DNA of 64,000 nt from Basidiobolus meristosporus CBS 931.73 (taxonomy: Eukaryota > Fungi > Basidiobolomycota). The position numbers and the translations under genes were made by a program. This document shows positions 38,999-50,541 of this stretch, piece after piece (position 1 is the first letter of the stretch; each line of letters opens with the position of its first letter). The stretch lies in assembly GCA_002104905.1 (NCBI GenBank), contig MCFE01000069.1, positions 123,923 to 187,922 of the forward strand, written 5' to 3'. The notes below the pieces were generated by a model. That model was not told the origin of the DNA and ran no database searches. It saw only the letters and a program-made list of their open reading frames with translations.

Positions 38999-41900
38999 AT
39001 GGCCCTTGGCAACACAAGTCGCTCACATGCCAGCAACTCACATAATTTAAGTCAAATGAGATCATCCCCCAAGGAAGAAGACATCGAATGTATCTCCTTA
39101 GAGGAACAGGAGCACCCAAAGCCTCTTACTCGTTCGGTTTCAAAATGGTTCAAAAGGAAAAGCCAATCTATATTTCGTCAGAGTACAGTAAGCGTGGGCA
39201 GAAAAATCCCTATTTCCACAGCTCTACCCAAACCTTATGTCCGGGAAGACACAAAAAAACCCTATATATCCAACCGGATCACTACTGCTCGTTATAACCT
39301 ATGGAACTTTCTACCCAAACAGCTCTACGCACAATTCTCCAAAGTTGCCAACCTGTATTTCCTATTTGTTGCTTGTCTGCAAATGATACCAGGCTGGTCA
39401 ACTACCGGTCAGTTTACCACTATTCTTCCTCTGTCTATATTTACAGTAGTTGCTATGGGACGTGAAGGCTACGATGATTATCGTAGACACAGACAGGATC
39501 AGTCTGAGAACAACAAAGGAGTCGAAGTCCTTCGGTCTTACCACAACAATGCAGAGCCAGTCTCGGGGAGCGCTGACGGACAACACACTTTGGAGCGACG
39601 GTCGACACGAAATATTGGAGTGTGGCAGCAAACCAAATGGAAAGATGTCACTGTTGGGGATTTCGTACGAATCAATGCCAACGATTGGGTTCCTGCTGAC
39701 CTGTTCCTGCTGAGTACGTCCACCGACGATGGAATCTGCTATGTTGAAACGGCTGCCCTTGATGGCGAGAGTAACTTGAAACAAAAGCAAGCTATCAAGG
39801 AGATTGATACCCTCATCAAGGAATCTCCCGACGGCATTTCCAATTTAGAGGGTTGGTCACTTCCACTTCAAAGCTTTCGCGTAAACTTATACTCAACTGA
39901 ATCACATTTTAGGTTATCTGCAGGCCGAGAATCCAAATATGGATCTATACAATTTTGATGGTTATCTCCAACACAATGAAGAGCGTTATCCCGTGTCTGT
40001 AAATCAAATTCTACTTAGAGGTACGATTCTTCGCAACACAACCAGCGCGGTTGGCATGGTGATTTTCTCCGGAGAGGAGACGAAGATTCGCATGAATGCA
40101 TCAAAAAACATCCGTACCAAGGCCCCAAGCCTTCAGAAGTTGATCAACAAAGCTGTGATCTCGGTATTTATTGCCCTGATTGCTCTATCATTAACATCCA
40201 CCGTATTGGGTGCCGTGTGGGAGAGAGGGTCTATTCATCGGTGGTATTTGACTGGCCCTAAGCGTGATTTGGCAAGAAGTTTCTTCAGCTTTATCATTCT
40301 GCTGAACACCCTTATCCCGATCTCTCTTTACGTGACGATGGAGATCGTGAAACTTGTGCAAGCCTATTTCATCAACAACGATCTGGAGATGTACTATGCT
40401 GAGACCGATACACCTGCTGAGGCTCGTACATGCACAATCAATGAAGAGCTCGGGCAAATCAGCTATATTTTTTCAGACAAGACTGGCACACTGACAGATA
40501 ACGTGATGCTGTTCCGTAAGTACTCCGTCGGTGGAATGGCATACGTTCATGACAACCAAAAAGTGATAAGTCATCGATTGAATAGCATCAGCAAGCTCTA
40601 CTCTTCCGAATTGAACAAGGTTGCCGAGGATATTCGGCCTATCGAGGAGGATACCAAGGTTACCCATCTTAGCGGTAGCATCAGCTCTCGCCCTTGCAAC
40701 CAGAAATCATCCCGTCAAATGATTGAGCGACTAATCTCTGATCCAAACAGTCATTTCGGCAGACAAGCCGATATGTTTCTGCTTGCCATGGCTCTTTGTC
40801 ACACCGTTGTCCCTGAAGTCAGCCCAGAGACTGGCGATGTCAACTACCAATCTATGTCTCCCGATGAGCATGCCATCGTCAATGCAGTCCATGAGCTTGG
40901 ATATACCTGTATTGACCGTAACAGCAAATCCGTCTCTGTCGTTCCGCTACAGGGTGGCCATCCGCTTGTTTTCAAAGTGCTCAATATCATTGAGTTCAGT
41001 AGTCACAGAAAGCGTATGTCGGTTATCTATCAATTTCCTGACGGTCAAATCGTATTGCTTTGCAAAGGAGCCGATTCTGTTATTCTTGAAAGGCTGGCCA
41101 ATGGTGAAAGCAATCCTGCTACGGCCTCCAACACTTTCGAATCCAAGACCCAGCACATGAGCATTCGCGAAGAGTACCTTTATTCGAAGGCTATTGAGCA
41201 CGTGCATCAATTCGCTTCGGATGGTCTCCGTACATTGGCCTATGGTCATCGCTATTTGGACCAAGATGAGTATAATGTATGGAGTGCCATCTACTCGGAA
41301 GCTTGTACATCGTTGGTCGAGAGACAGACTAAAATTGAGGAAGCTGCTGAGTTGATTGAGAAGAACTTATCACTCACTGGAATTACCGCCATCGAGGACA
41401 AGCTCCAGGAAGGTGTTCCTGAAACAATGGAGAAAATGCAAATGGCTGGAATCCGCTTGTGGATGCTTACCGGTGATAAACTCGAGACTGCTATCAATAT
41501 TGGCCACTCGTGTAGATTGATCCGTGACACATCAACGGTCATCATCTTAGACCCAAAACAAGGCTCGCTCACAAACCAAGTTCAATCGGCCTTGAGCAAT
41601 GTAACCACTAACAAGGGGCATTCCGTGGTTGTCATTGATGGCTCTACTCTTGCGTTGGTTGAGAAGGACCCGGTACTTCTGGATAGTTTCTTGGATCTTG
41701 GTGTAGTCAGCAGTGCCGTTATTTGCTGCCGTGTAAGTCCATCTCAGAAGGCACTGGTGGTCCGTAGTATTCGTCGCAAGATTGGATCCGCCGTGACTTT
41801 AGCTATTGGTGATGGTGGGAATGATATCGCCATGATTCAGGAAGCCCATGTTGGTATCGGGATTGCTGGTCGTGAAGGACTGCAGGCTGCTAGATCAAGT

Positions 41901-42920
41901 GACTACTCCATTGCTCGCTTCCGCTTCTTACAACGGCTACTACTGGTTCATGGCAGATGGTGCTACGTTAGAATTTCAAAATTTGTGCTCGGAACATTTT
42001 ACAAATGCGTCACCTTCTACCTGACTCAATTCTTCTTCCAAGCGTTTACCGGATTCAGTGGAACTTCGTTATATGAGCAATGGACTCTTTCCCTCTACAA
42101 CACCTTATTCTCAGCTTTACCTGTTTTAGTTCTCGGGATGTTTGAGAAGGATCTCAACGCGGAAACCTTGCTCAGGTTTCCCAGTCTATACAGAACGGGC
42201 CAGAACAACGAGATGTTCAACTTGAGAATCTTCTGGATATGGATGGTCAACGGTGTGATTCAATCGGTATGGATCACCTATATTCCGTTGATAACTCAAG
42301 GCGCGTTCAGTAAAGGAGATGTAGAGGACTCTCCACAGCTTTACTTCCTTGGCGTTATTGTCTACACCGCTGTCGTCCTGGTGGTTACAATCAAGCTGTC
42401 TTTACTGGAGAGTCATAACTGGACATGGATAACGGCTTTCGCAACCGTAGGCACGATTGGGCTTTGGTTCGTTTGGCAGCTGGTTTTCTCAGTTGTGTAC
42501 AAGCCACAAGATGCTACCAATGGTTATGAGGTTTACGGTGTGTTCCAAGCAATGATTTCACACCCGGATTTCTGGGGAGCACTTGTTCTTGTCGTGGTTG
42601 CGGCATTGGTACCGCGTGTAGCACTTATCGTCTTAAAGCGCAGTTTCTGGCCAACCGAGGTTGACAAATTCCAGGAATGGGAGAAAGACGAAAAGAGGAT
42701 CACCAAAATGCAGGAAACAGCAACCTCGACAAACCAATACCCCCAGCAACGTCGTAACCTGTTCACTAAACTCAACCCTTGGGCAAACTCACTAAGGGGC
42801 CGTGCTAGCAAGTTGAACAAAGCTAGAGGTTGGTTACCTTCAAGGTTAAGCGCTCAATCTGACAATCAAAAATACGAGGACTACGCACTCACCGAGTCTT
42901 CAACACATAACCGCCACTAA
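38999..42920 (+). CDS. P4-type ATPase phospholipid flippase (Dnf3/Drs2-like), intron 39852-39912
   Basis: DGESNLK, IFSDKTGTLT, KGADSVI, TAIEDKLQEGVP, TGDKLETA, CCRVSPSQKA, GDGGNDIAMIQEAHVGIGI. Confidence 0.95.
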
Positions 42921-43571
42921 AATCCTGGACACTCGGCTATAGCCTTTTTACACCAAGAACACCACCCTCGTACTCAACGGTGGTTCGCAAGATACCCGTC
43001 GTGCTCCTGCCATTTGTAACTCATCACTTTTGATATTCGCATTGCTGAAGTATTGGACATTCAGGCCGCTTGTTCATACTCTTCCCTCACATCATATCTA
43101 CAATCCGCTTCGTTGGGAGCTCACTATCCTGGGCCCTCTCGAGACTACCTGGTGAAAGCCTCCCAACGAAATTTTCCAATATACTAGCTGATCATCCACG
43201 CGTACATATAAACCATTATTCCAAGTGACCAAGGCTACTTGCACTTATTTCTGAACCCCACACCGGCACGGGCCAATGGGGGGGGTAGGAGAGACGTCAT
43301 GTGATTGGTGTACCTAGAAAATGTATATACGATGAATACCAATAAACTCGATGCACTTTCGAATATTTCTCCTCTGCGCTGGACTCGAATCCCATTTGGA
43401 AGCCCACTAGTGTTCAGATCAGATTGATCTGATTAGTGTCTAGAATGAATCAGGCCCAGCCCCCAACTCGATTGGAAAAAAGCTTGACACCCAAGCGGGT
43501 GCATACTGAAAACCGAAAGGGCCCGATTTTTCAGGAGGAGTATTCGGCTCAACCCACAGACTTCCGCCATC

Positions 43572-44780
43572 ATGACCAACAGCGACAGGAGCTTGAGCAA
43601 AAATGAGCTCAAGAAATTGGTGAAGCTGGAGAGAAAGCAGGCTTATTCCTACGGAGTTGTTGCGAAGCTTGAGGGCCGAGAGGTTTCCGAGTTGTTCAGT
43701 GCAGAGGGAACCCCGTTCCTTTGTATAGCGAATGCAGGCTCCGGGGCCATGGGAAGCATCCCCTTTAACCATTTATGCCAGGTTTTGGCGAGCTTCGAGG
43801 GCTATCTCGAAGCCAAACAGAGTGCCTATGGTAGAGTTGGTATCATTTAGTTCAGCTGAGTAGCTCTTTGGTTACAGTCATTCACCAAGCCCACCTTTTT
43901 TCCCGTCTTACCGCAGCCATACACCTTCGTAAAGTTCACCAGTGTAGATTGTGCCAGGGCGGTGAAGGAGAAGTTCCACCTGAAGTCAACGGAGCATTTC
44001 GAGGGAAGGGCGTTGTTTATTGAATACGTCGAGTCGGCGAAAAGCCCCTTCAAGGAGGCCAAAGCTTCGCAAGACTCGGTGCCTGGGCTGATTTTCCTCG
44101 AGGAATTCCTCACAGTCGGCGAGGAGGAACAGTTGCTCTCGGAGCTGGATTCCTTACCGGAATGGAAGTACGTGAACAAGAGATATGTGGTATGTAGTGT
44201 CGAGTTTAAGTTGCTGGAACGCTCGTCCTTAACCCTCCTAAAACAGCAACACTTCGGCCATGCATTCGACTACAAGACCAAGCACGTTGGTGACTCTTCC
44301 ATGACAAGCTCGGTGAATTTCCCTGTGTTTATACAACGGATCCTCGATAGGATTGCCGCCGAACTGCCCCAACTGCCTATCTGCAACCAAGTTACGGTTT
44401 CCAAATATCCCTGCGGATCCGGAATCACCTCTCATGTGGACACCCATTCAGCGTTCGACGCCGCCATCATTATTCTCAGCCTGAAGAGCTCAGTGGTCAT
44501 GGATTTCAAGAGCCTCAAGACGAAGGAGATTGTTTCCATCGAGCTTCCGCGAAGGTCCTTGGCCATCACCACGCAGGAATCGAGGTACTCTTGGGAGCAC
44601 GGAATCAAGGAGCGCAAGACCGACCTGCTACCCAACGGCAGAGTGTTCGAACGAGACGAGCGGGTGTCGTTCACTTGTCGACGAATCCTTCCTGACGCCA
44701 TTTGTCACTGCGATTGGCCGCAGTATTGCGACCGACATGTGTCCACGATCGCTGTGGAGTCTCCTGTCAAGCAAGCCTAG
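43572..44780 (+). CDS. ALKBH8-like protein: RRM + 2OG-Fe(II) dioxygenase + Cys cluster; two introns
   Basis: RRM-like YTFVKF; RYV/QHFGHAFDY; CNQVTVSKYPCGSGITSHVDTH (HxD); WEHGI; RVSFTCR; CHCDWPQYCD. Confidence 0.85.
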
Positions 44781-45360
44781 TCTCCCCAGGCAACAGCAAG
44801 AATCCTCGTTTTGTATCATCTGCCCATTGCACGGTCATTCATTATGTACCAATAATAACTGCAAAAGCGTATTAGGCAGTAGACAATCGAACCCAGCGCG
44901 CTAGGTAGGGAGATCCACTAAGGGTGGTTGGAAGTTGAGCTCGGACTTGTAACAATCACACTTCAATACATGTATCTAGCTCGAAACGAGCCCCAATCTT
45001 ACCCAAATCAAGAGCTTACTGCTGTTTCGGCCGTGTTTGGTTACAGACACCATGGATTGTGAGGTTGGTGGCGTGGCTGCCCGAGGAGAAGCTATTGTGG
45101 ACTGGGGAATTCGCCTTCATCCTCGCATGTCAGTTGGCATTGGTCGGTGAGGCTCAGATTGGGCCGATGAACCCCTGGGCTGCACGCTCTTGGAAGATTG
45201 ATTGTTGCCTGCTTCAGCAGTATGGCTTTGTGTGATGCTCATTGATTTAATACCCAAGATGTTTGACAAGGTTTGGATTGTGGCGCTCTTGTGTGGGGTT
45301 GAGTTAGCTAGCCATATTCTATCATAATTCCTGAATGCAATGCCAAATACTTAATCCAAT

Positions 45361-45399
45361 TAGTAGTAGTAGCAGTAGTAGTAGTAGTAGTAGTAGTAG
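45361..45399 (+). repeat. (TAG)n microsatellite
   Basis: tagtagtagtagcagtagtagtagtagtagtagtagtag. Confidence 0.95.
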
Positions 45400-46038
45400 G
45401 GGGGAGTCAATGTTTAAGGTACCGAGTCTGTTATCTTGTACTACATACAGTAAAGCCCCTCTGTAGCAATTACGTCTCTTCAGCCACTAGGTCCGCTTTA
45501 GGTTTGTTGAAGAAAATATCAGTATTTTATCAATAGCTGGTGAAAGTTTCTATTGACCAGAGTCACTGTGTATATGTGGGTAGATTTGGCAGTTTGTGAA
45601 CCCAAATAAGGAGGTCAGCCTCGTTTCCTAATGAGGTGGAGAATTGTAACTGGTAGAGCAAGAGGCCATTTCGGCTGAGCCCTGGGTGTATGATCACATC
45701 GCACATTGACCGGTGAATATCATTAGTTGAGGCTTCACAGTAGATGGACCTCAAGATGGTAGTTTGGACAAGTGGATTTCACCACCAAACGGGAAACCGG
45801 GCTCATGTGGGACTAAATCATATTGTAAGGTACGTATCATCTGATATACTTTCCATTTGTAGTATCCCCTACGGGACAGAAAATAGTAGGTCAAATCTGC
45901 TTTCAAATGACCCATCACGTCTCATACCCTAGCCGGTTGTACACCATATACACACAATACATGTTAGGAGTCAATAAGGAAGGTATTTTTATTACTAACA
46001 AGTGAAAATTAAAGAACGCTAGGCAGTGTTTACTGGAA

Positions 46039-46566
46039 TTAGCTGTAGTCTCCAGGAATCACAGCATCACAGCCGTCAACGCTAAGCCCCATGTTGCAGT
46101 CATCCTTCTGGTTACAGCATCGGATACAGTACTTGCTGGTATTGGGCTCAAGCAGACTGACAAAATAGGTGTAGCCCGCACAACCCGAGTTGGACGGGGC
46201 GCCGCGATTGTCGAACTGTCCTCCCCCGTCATTGGGCGACAGTTGGTATGCAGCGGGGTTCATCTTTCCAGTGACCTGAACGTAACTATCCGTTTGGTTG
46301 AAATGCGCACTCTGGATGAAGCCCTGGGGGAATATCTTGGCCTTAGGAGCAGTTGGGTTTTGCTGAGTACAAAAGACCACGGCATCGTCCTCATGTTCAC
46401 CTATAATCATACCAGGCTGTGACGGCAAGAATAGGCAGAAGCTCTCGGTGCTATTTAACACTACCAAGTGGTTGATGTTAGGATCGCCAACCGAGATGGG
46501 CTTGCCGAGCACTGAATAGCAAGTTGCCAGCAGAGTGCCCAATGACAGTATTGATTTCGCGAACAT
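46039..46566 (-). CDS. Secreted Cys-rich fungal protein of unknown function (intronless)
   Basis: Signal-peptide-like N-terminus. FCLFLP...AVVFCT...FIQSAHF...YVQVTG...DGGGQFD...YCIRCC...DCN...GC..VIPG is a pattern I recognise from fungal secreted proteins. Confidence 0.8.
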   Translation of the reverse strand: MFAKSILSLGTLLATCYSVLGKPISVGDPNINHLVVLNSTESFCLFLPSQPGMIIGEHEDDAVVFCTQQNPTAPKAKIFPQGFIQSAHFNQTDSYVQVTGKMNPAAYQLSPNDGGGQFDNRGAPSNSGCAGYTYFVSLLEPNTSKYCIRCCNQKDDCNMGLSVDGCDAVIPGDYS

Positions 46567-48186
46567 AGCTTTGGAATGTAGATGAGTTGTTGGCTAACCA
46601 CTAGCTAGCGCGGACTATTTATATATCAGCTAGCCGCAGACGCATGCTCTGCTTCGAAACTTGCCATCCTTTTTCATTGGGCAAATGGCCAAATGAAATT
46701 TGTCATAACACAAGTGCTGTTTAGAGCTGACTGAAGAGATTTACATCTATTCCAGATCATACGTCATAAACCACTGAAGCAGTGCTCAAGCAAAACATTC
46801 GCGATTAAAGCCACAATGGTGGATTGTCTAGCGAAAGAGAATGTGCCTGGCTTGTCCTCAAACCAAATCATCACTCATGCCCCATGTAGTACTTGGGACC
46901 AAAACACACCACTATCAGCCAAGTATGACCGCCAACTACGATACTGACGTTGATTCCATTCTTGCATCATTGGTGCGATACATGTGAGGCATGTAAGTAA
47001 GCGATGGGAAAGCCTACGCCAACGCTTTACTCCATCCACTGTATGCTGAGGCCGTGATGCCCCAGCTCAAGAAATCAGCAGCAGCATCTGAGCTGTGTCA
47101 ATGGTGACCACAAAGCCATGTAGGTCTCGGCTGTGCAGATGCCAATTATAGTAAGTACAGTTTCCGGCCACCTTATGATATAGTGACTATTCAGGGAAGG
47201 TCGATAGTTATTTATATCATTGGAGACGGTCAAACGAAGAGAGAGCCAATGGTGTGGACTACTCCGATATTACGTCCTTAATAAGGAATTCTGAATCCGC
47301 ATATGCTCCGGTTGAATTCAGTACTGAAGGGCATAAGGTTGGTGTATGCCAACCGTATATTCAATATCACGATGCGCGAGGTTGCCAACCAGAAGTTGCT
47401 GCCACCGAGCCAATAACGTCTTTCATCACGGCCATTATATCAGAATCGAATTCTTAGTTTTGTTGCTGGAGGTGAAGTTGAGCATTCGTGTTGATTGGTT
47501 AAGTGGCGTAGTGGCTTTAGTTTGAAGCGCCGTGAGGATTGTGTATGTAAAGCAATAGGCACAATACTAACAATCTGTCTCACTCCCTTGGAACTGCAAA
47601 ATCGCCCATGTTGCGTTCTTGAGCGAAATAGATTCAGACGGGGCTTCCCAAACCAGTGCTGATACGATTCAGCCACGAGATGTTGTGTTCGCTTCTGACT
47701 CTCGCCTTGTAGCAAGTAACATTATCACTGGGTAATGCCGCTTTGAAATGATGCAGTGGGTCATTTGTCGACACGCCTTGGAATTTTCAATGTTCTGCTG
47801 GAAGATTTGCGAACAAATTCATGTTGATACATAATAACTAGAACCTCCTATTTACGTCGCCATTACGCTTCGCCCGGTCAGTTTGGGTACAACCTTCTGT
47901 ATAGATAATATATATCTTGGCATGCACTGCCCTGCCTTGCATTAATACCCACTATTGCAAGCTGTCGGGACAGGCATTGGTGATGAAGAGCTTGCAAGTA
48001 ATTCCTTCAACGAAACAAACGGTTCCAAGTATATCGTACCTAGCTATATTGATGCAAATTGCTTATTGCCAAACCGTATCAAGTTGTACCCAAGATGGCG
48101 CCTCATCATCAGTAAATGGCTGAAGCACCATTAGGTGGTAATTAGTCACTCCTGAGGAGCAAGCAGGCATTGCTTTATTGCCCAAT

Positions 48187-48585
48187 TTAGCCACATTGCG
48201 CGACATAATTCACAGTCAATTGACCATGGGCTACATTGTTATCTCCAGGGAACCCTAAAGGGACGCTTCCACATACGTTACAGCCATGATTTTGTAATTT
48301 ATGAAGTAGCGAGCATGCCTGGGAGGCGGTAATTGAACGTCCAGTATTTTGGGTGAAGGTAGAGATCCCCCCAAGGATGTGACAATTGCTTGCAATTCTG
48401 ACTCCAGGACCATAGGAATCTTTCTTAGGCAGGTTACAAACAGTATTCACCAATTGATTTAAGCTATTACCAGTAGCACCACACTGACTGCTTCCGCGAC
48501 AGTTTATCCCAATGCCTTCGACTTCAGCAAGTAGGGTGAAGCCAATGATAACGCCTGCACAAATGGTATTGATTAAAGCTCTCAT
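48187..48585 (-). CDS. KP4 killer-toxin-like secreted protein (intronless)
   Basis: Signal peptide, then IGINCRGSSQCG...ACSLLHKLQNHGCNVCGSVPL...VAHGQLTVNYVAQC, collinear with Ustilago maydis virus KP4 (LGINCRGSSQCG...NHGCRVCGSDPL...RGQLTVNYVNSC, recalled sequence). Confidence 0.92.
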   Translation of the reverse strand: MRALINTICAGVIIGFTLLAEVEGIGINCRGSSQCGATGNSLNQLVNTVCNLPKKDSYGPGVRIASNCHILGGISTFTQNTGRSITASQACSLLHKLQNHGCNVCGSVPLGFPGDNNVAHGQLTVNYVAQCG

Positions 48586-49774
48586 TGCAGTTGATGAACT
48601 CTGTAAAGTTTGTAGTGGTTTTATAGCCAAAACTAAGGGAATTATTATGAAGATCTAATTATGCTGTAATATAATAAAGTTATGACCCATACATAACAAG
48701 AAATTGCTTCCCTTCTCTATTGTGTTGGCCAGAGTGTTTGCCTTGGGAATAGGCACCAATCCCCTCATTACTAATATGTTTACCTACACAACTGAACTGA
48801 CTAACGGAGAACTGCATGAGAAAAGCTACTGATTTGCTATATATGTGGTCATCCAGTACTCTGTACTGAAACAAGACATGAGTAGTCAAATAACCTATAT
48901 AGATAGACTCATTCTGCTCTTATTACCTGTGGGGTACATGAGATGATCTGATGCAGATTGCTATGATAATATGGTGGTATTGTGTTATCTTTTTTAGTCT
49001 GAGCTCCTAATTGAAGAAAAGTAACTTCTGATATTACTTCCTTGTGTTATGAGCTATATGGTTATACCTGAATACTCTCATACACTTGGCCATTAGAATA
49101 TAGACCCCAAGCTTTGTGCACATATTCTTAGGGCATTTGCAAACATCTTCAATGTCCATCTTGCCAAAACTCTGCAAATAAACAAATGCAACTTTTACAT
49201 TCAACACATCATTACATGGAGTAGCCACATAATATACAGTTTCACATAAGAACTACCAGTGCATTAATAACTCAAATATCAAAGTCTGCACATAGCAGAT
49301 TGTAACTTGGAGTTGCTTAGCAGAAGAGCTACTCTACACATCAAGAAGAAACTTTAAGCAAGAGGGAGCTTGTGAGCCAATCCACGCAAGTGTCATTGCT
49401 GGCTAATGCCCAGAATCACTGGGGATAAACACTAACCGTAGAAATAGCCTGTTTGACTGCGCAAGTCATTGATCATGGAACTATAGGTTTGAAGCAGTAT
49501 TTAAAAGATAGACTCCAAAGGGTGTCAGACAAGTTGTTTCATTTGAAGTTAGGAGAGTTCTGACATGTAAACTAACTACAAGCAAGTTTGCTTAGAAAAT
49601 CTATAATTCAATGATACAGATTCAGTGCTAAGATTGCACAAATGAAAGGTTTACCATAGTTTCAAGCCTAAAAACCAGAGTGTTGGGGATACTCTAGTAC
49701 TCAGCAGTATATTGTAAACATTAATATTTGGCTACACTTCTTGTTAAGCCAAAAATTTATTGTTCGGATGAGTT

Positions 49775-50050
49775 TAGATCTCTTATGAGAAAATTGGAGA
49801 TATTGGAAGTGAATGGAGGAACAAGAAGATTGTGCAGCTTTCCCCTAATGATTGTTTGAATAAAATGTGGTGCTTACACATTTATAAGGTGGTGGAAAAG
49901 CAAAAATGTAATAATACCTAGGGAGGGGGCAAAGATATGTGTGCAAAGTTTAGGGACTTTTAGACAACCTATCAAATATTCATGTTCTGGGTACCTGAAA
50001 TTACTATAGAAGTATTTCAAGCAAATCCCAACAAAGAATTTTGGCAAGAA
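49775..50050 (-). mobile_element. Degenerate solo Copia LTR (a further plus-strand LTR relic lies at about 49100-49250)
   Basis: Contains GGAGATATTGGAAGTGA, GTGTGCAAAGTTT and CATGTTCTGGGTACCTG, which are reverse complements of blocks in the 58637-58986 LTR. Confidence 0.6.
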
Positions 50051-50541
50051 ATAGCAAGGTCCATAAACTAGAATCTAAATGGCTCCACTCATGTAATATT
50101 TGGATGTAAAGATGAAATTGACAACACTTCCTAGTTCTAATTCTGGTTGAAATCTCCTCAGTTCATAGATCATTCCATTGTTGAAGATCATTAGAAACAG
50201 CATAATCATGTGGTTCGAATTAGTATACACTCTCTGGTCACACATCAGGATTCGCAACAGGATTCGCCTGTTTATGCTGACGATGATGAGAAGCACCATC
50301 ACAGCACAATGTATTAGCACAAGCTAGTACTATTAATATAGACAGGGCCATAGCTCATCCTGATTAGTAAAAGGCGTTCATCTTCATAATGGCTATGAAA
50401 TTCCCTTCGCCTATAAAGCAAATTTAAAACGCTGACAATAACTTTAATGTCGGCCAAATATATGGGAATTTCTACATTTAGTACATTCGTGAGGTGGAGC
50501 AGGGTTGTGGTTGATAGGAATCATCACTGAGATAGTAAAAA

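Noticed and set aside
40191-42820. Antisense ORFs over the P4-ATPase (and similar ones over the P450, ALKBH8-like and Ecl1-like genes)
   Set aside because: Shadow ORFs of real coding sequence with no independent motifs.
43375-43402. tRNA-like GGATTCGAGTCC (and GGGTTCGATT near 44885-44895)
   Set aside because: No paired T-stem, acceptor stem or A-box; not a supportable tRNA.
44926-45240. Minus-strand Ser/Pro/Gln-rich frame with one internal TGA as a readthrough gene or methyltransferase exon
   Set aside because: Low complexity, wrong strand for ALKBH8 and no domain motif.
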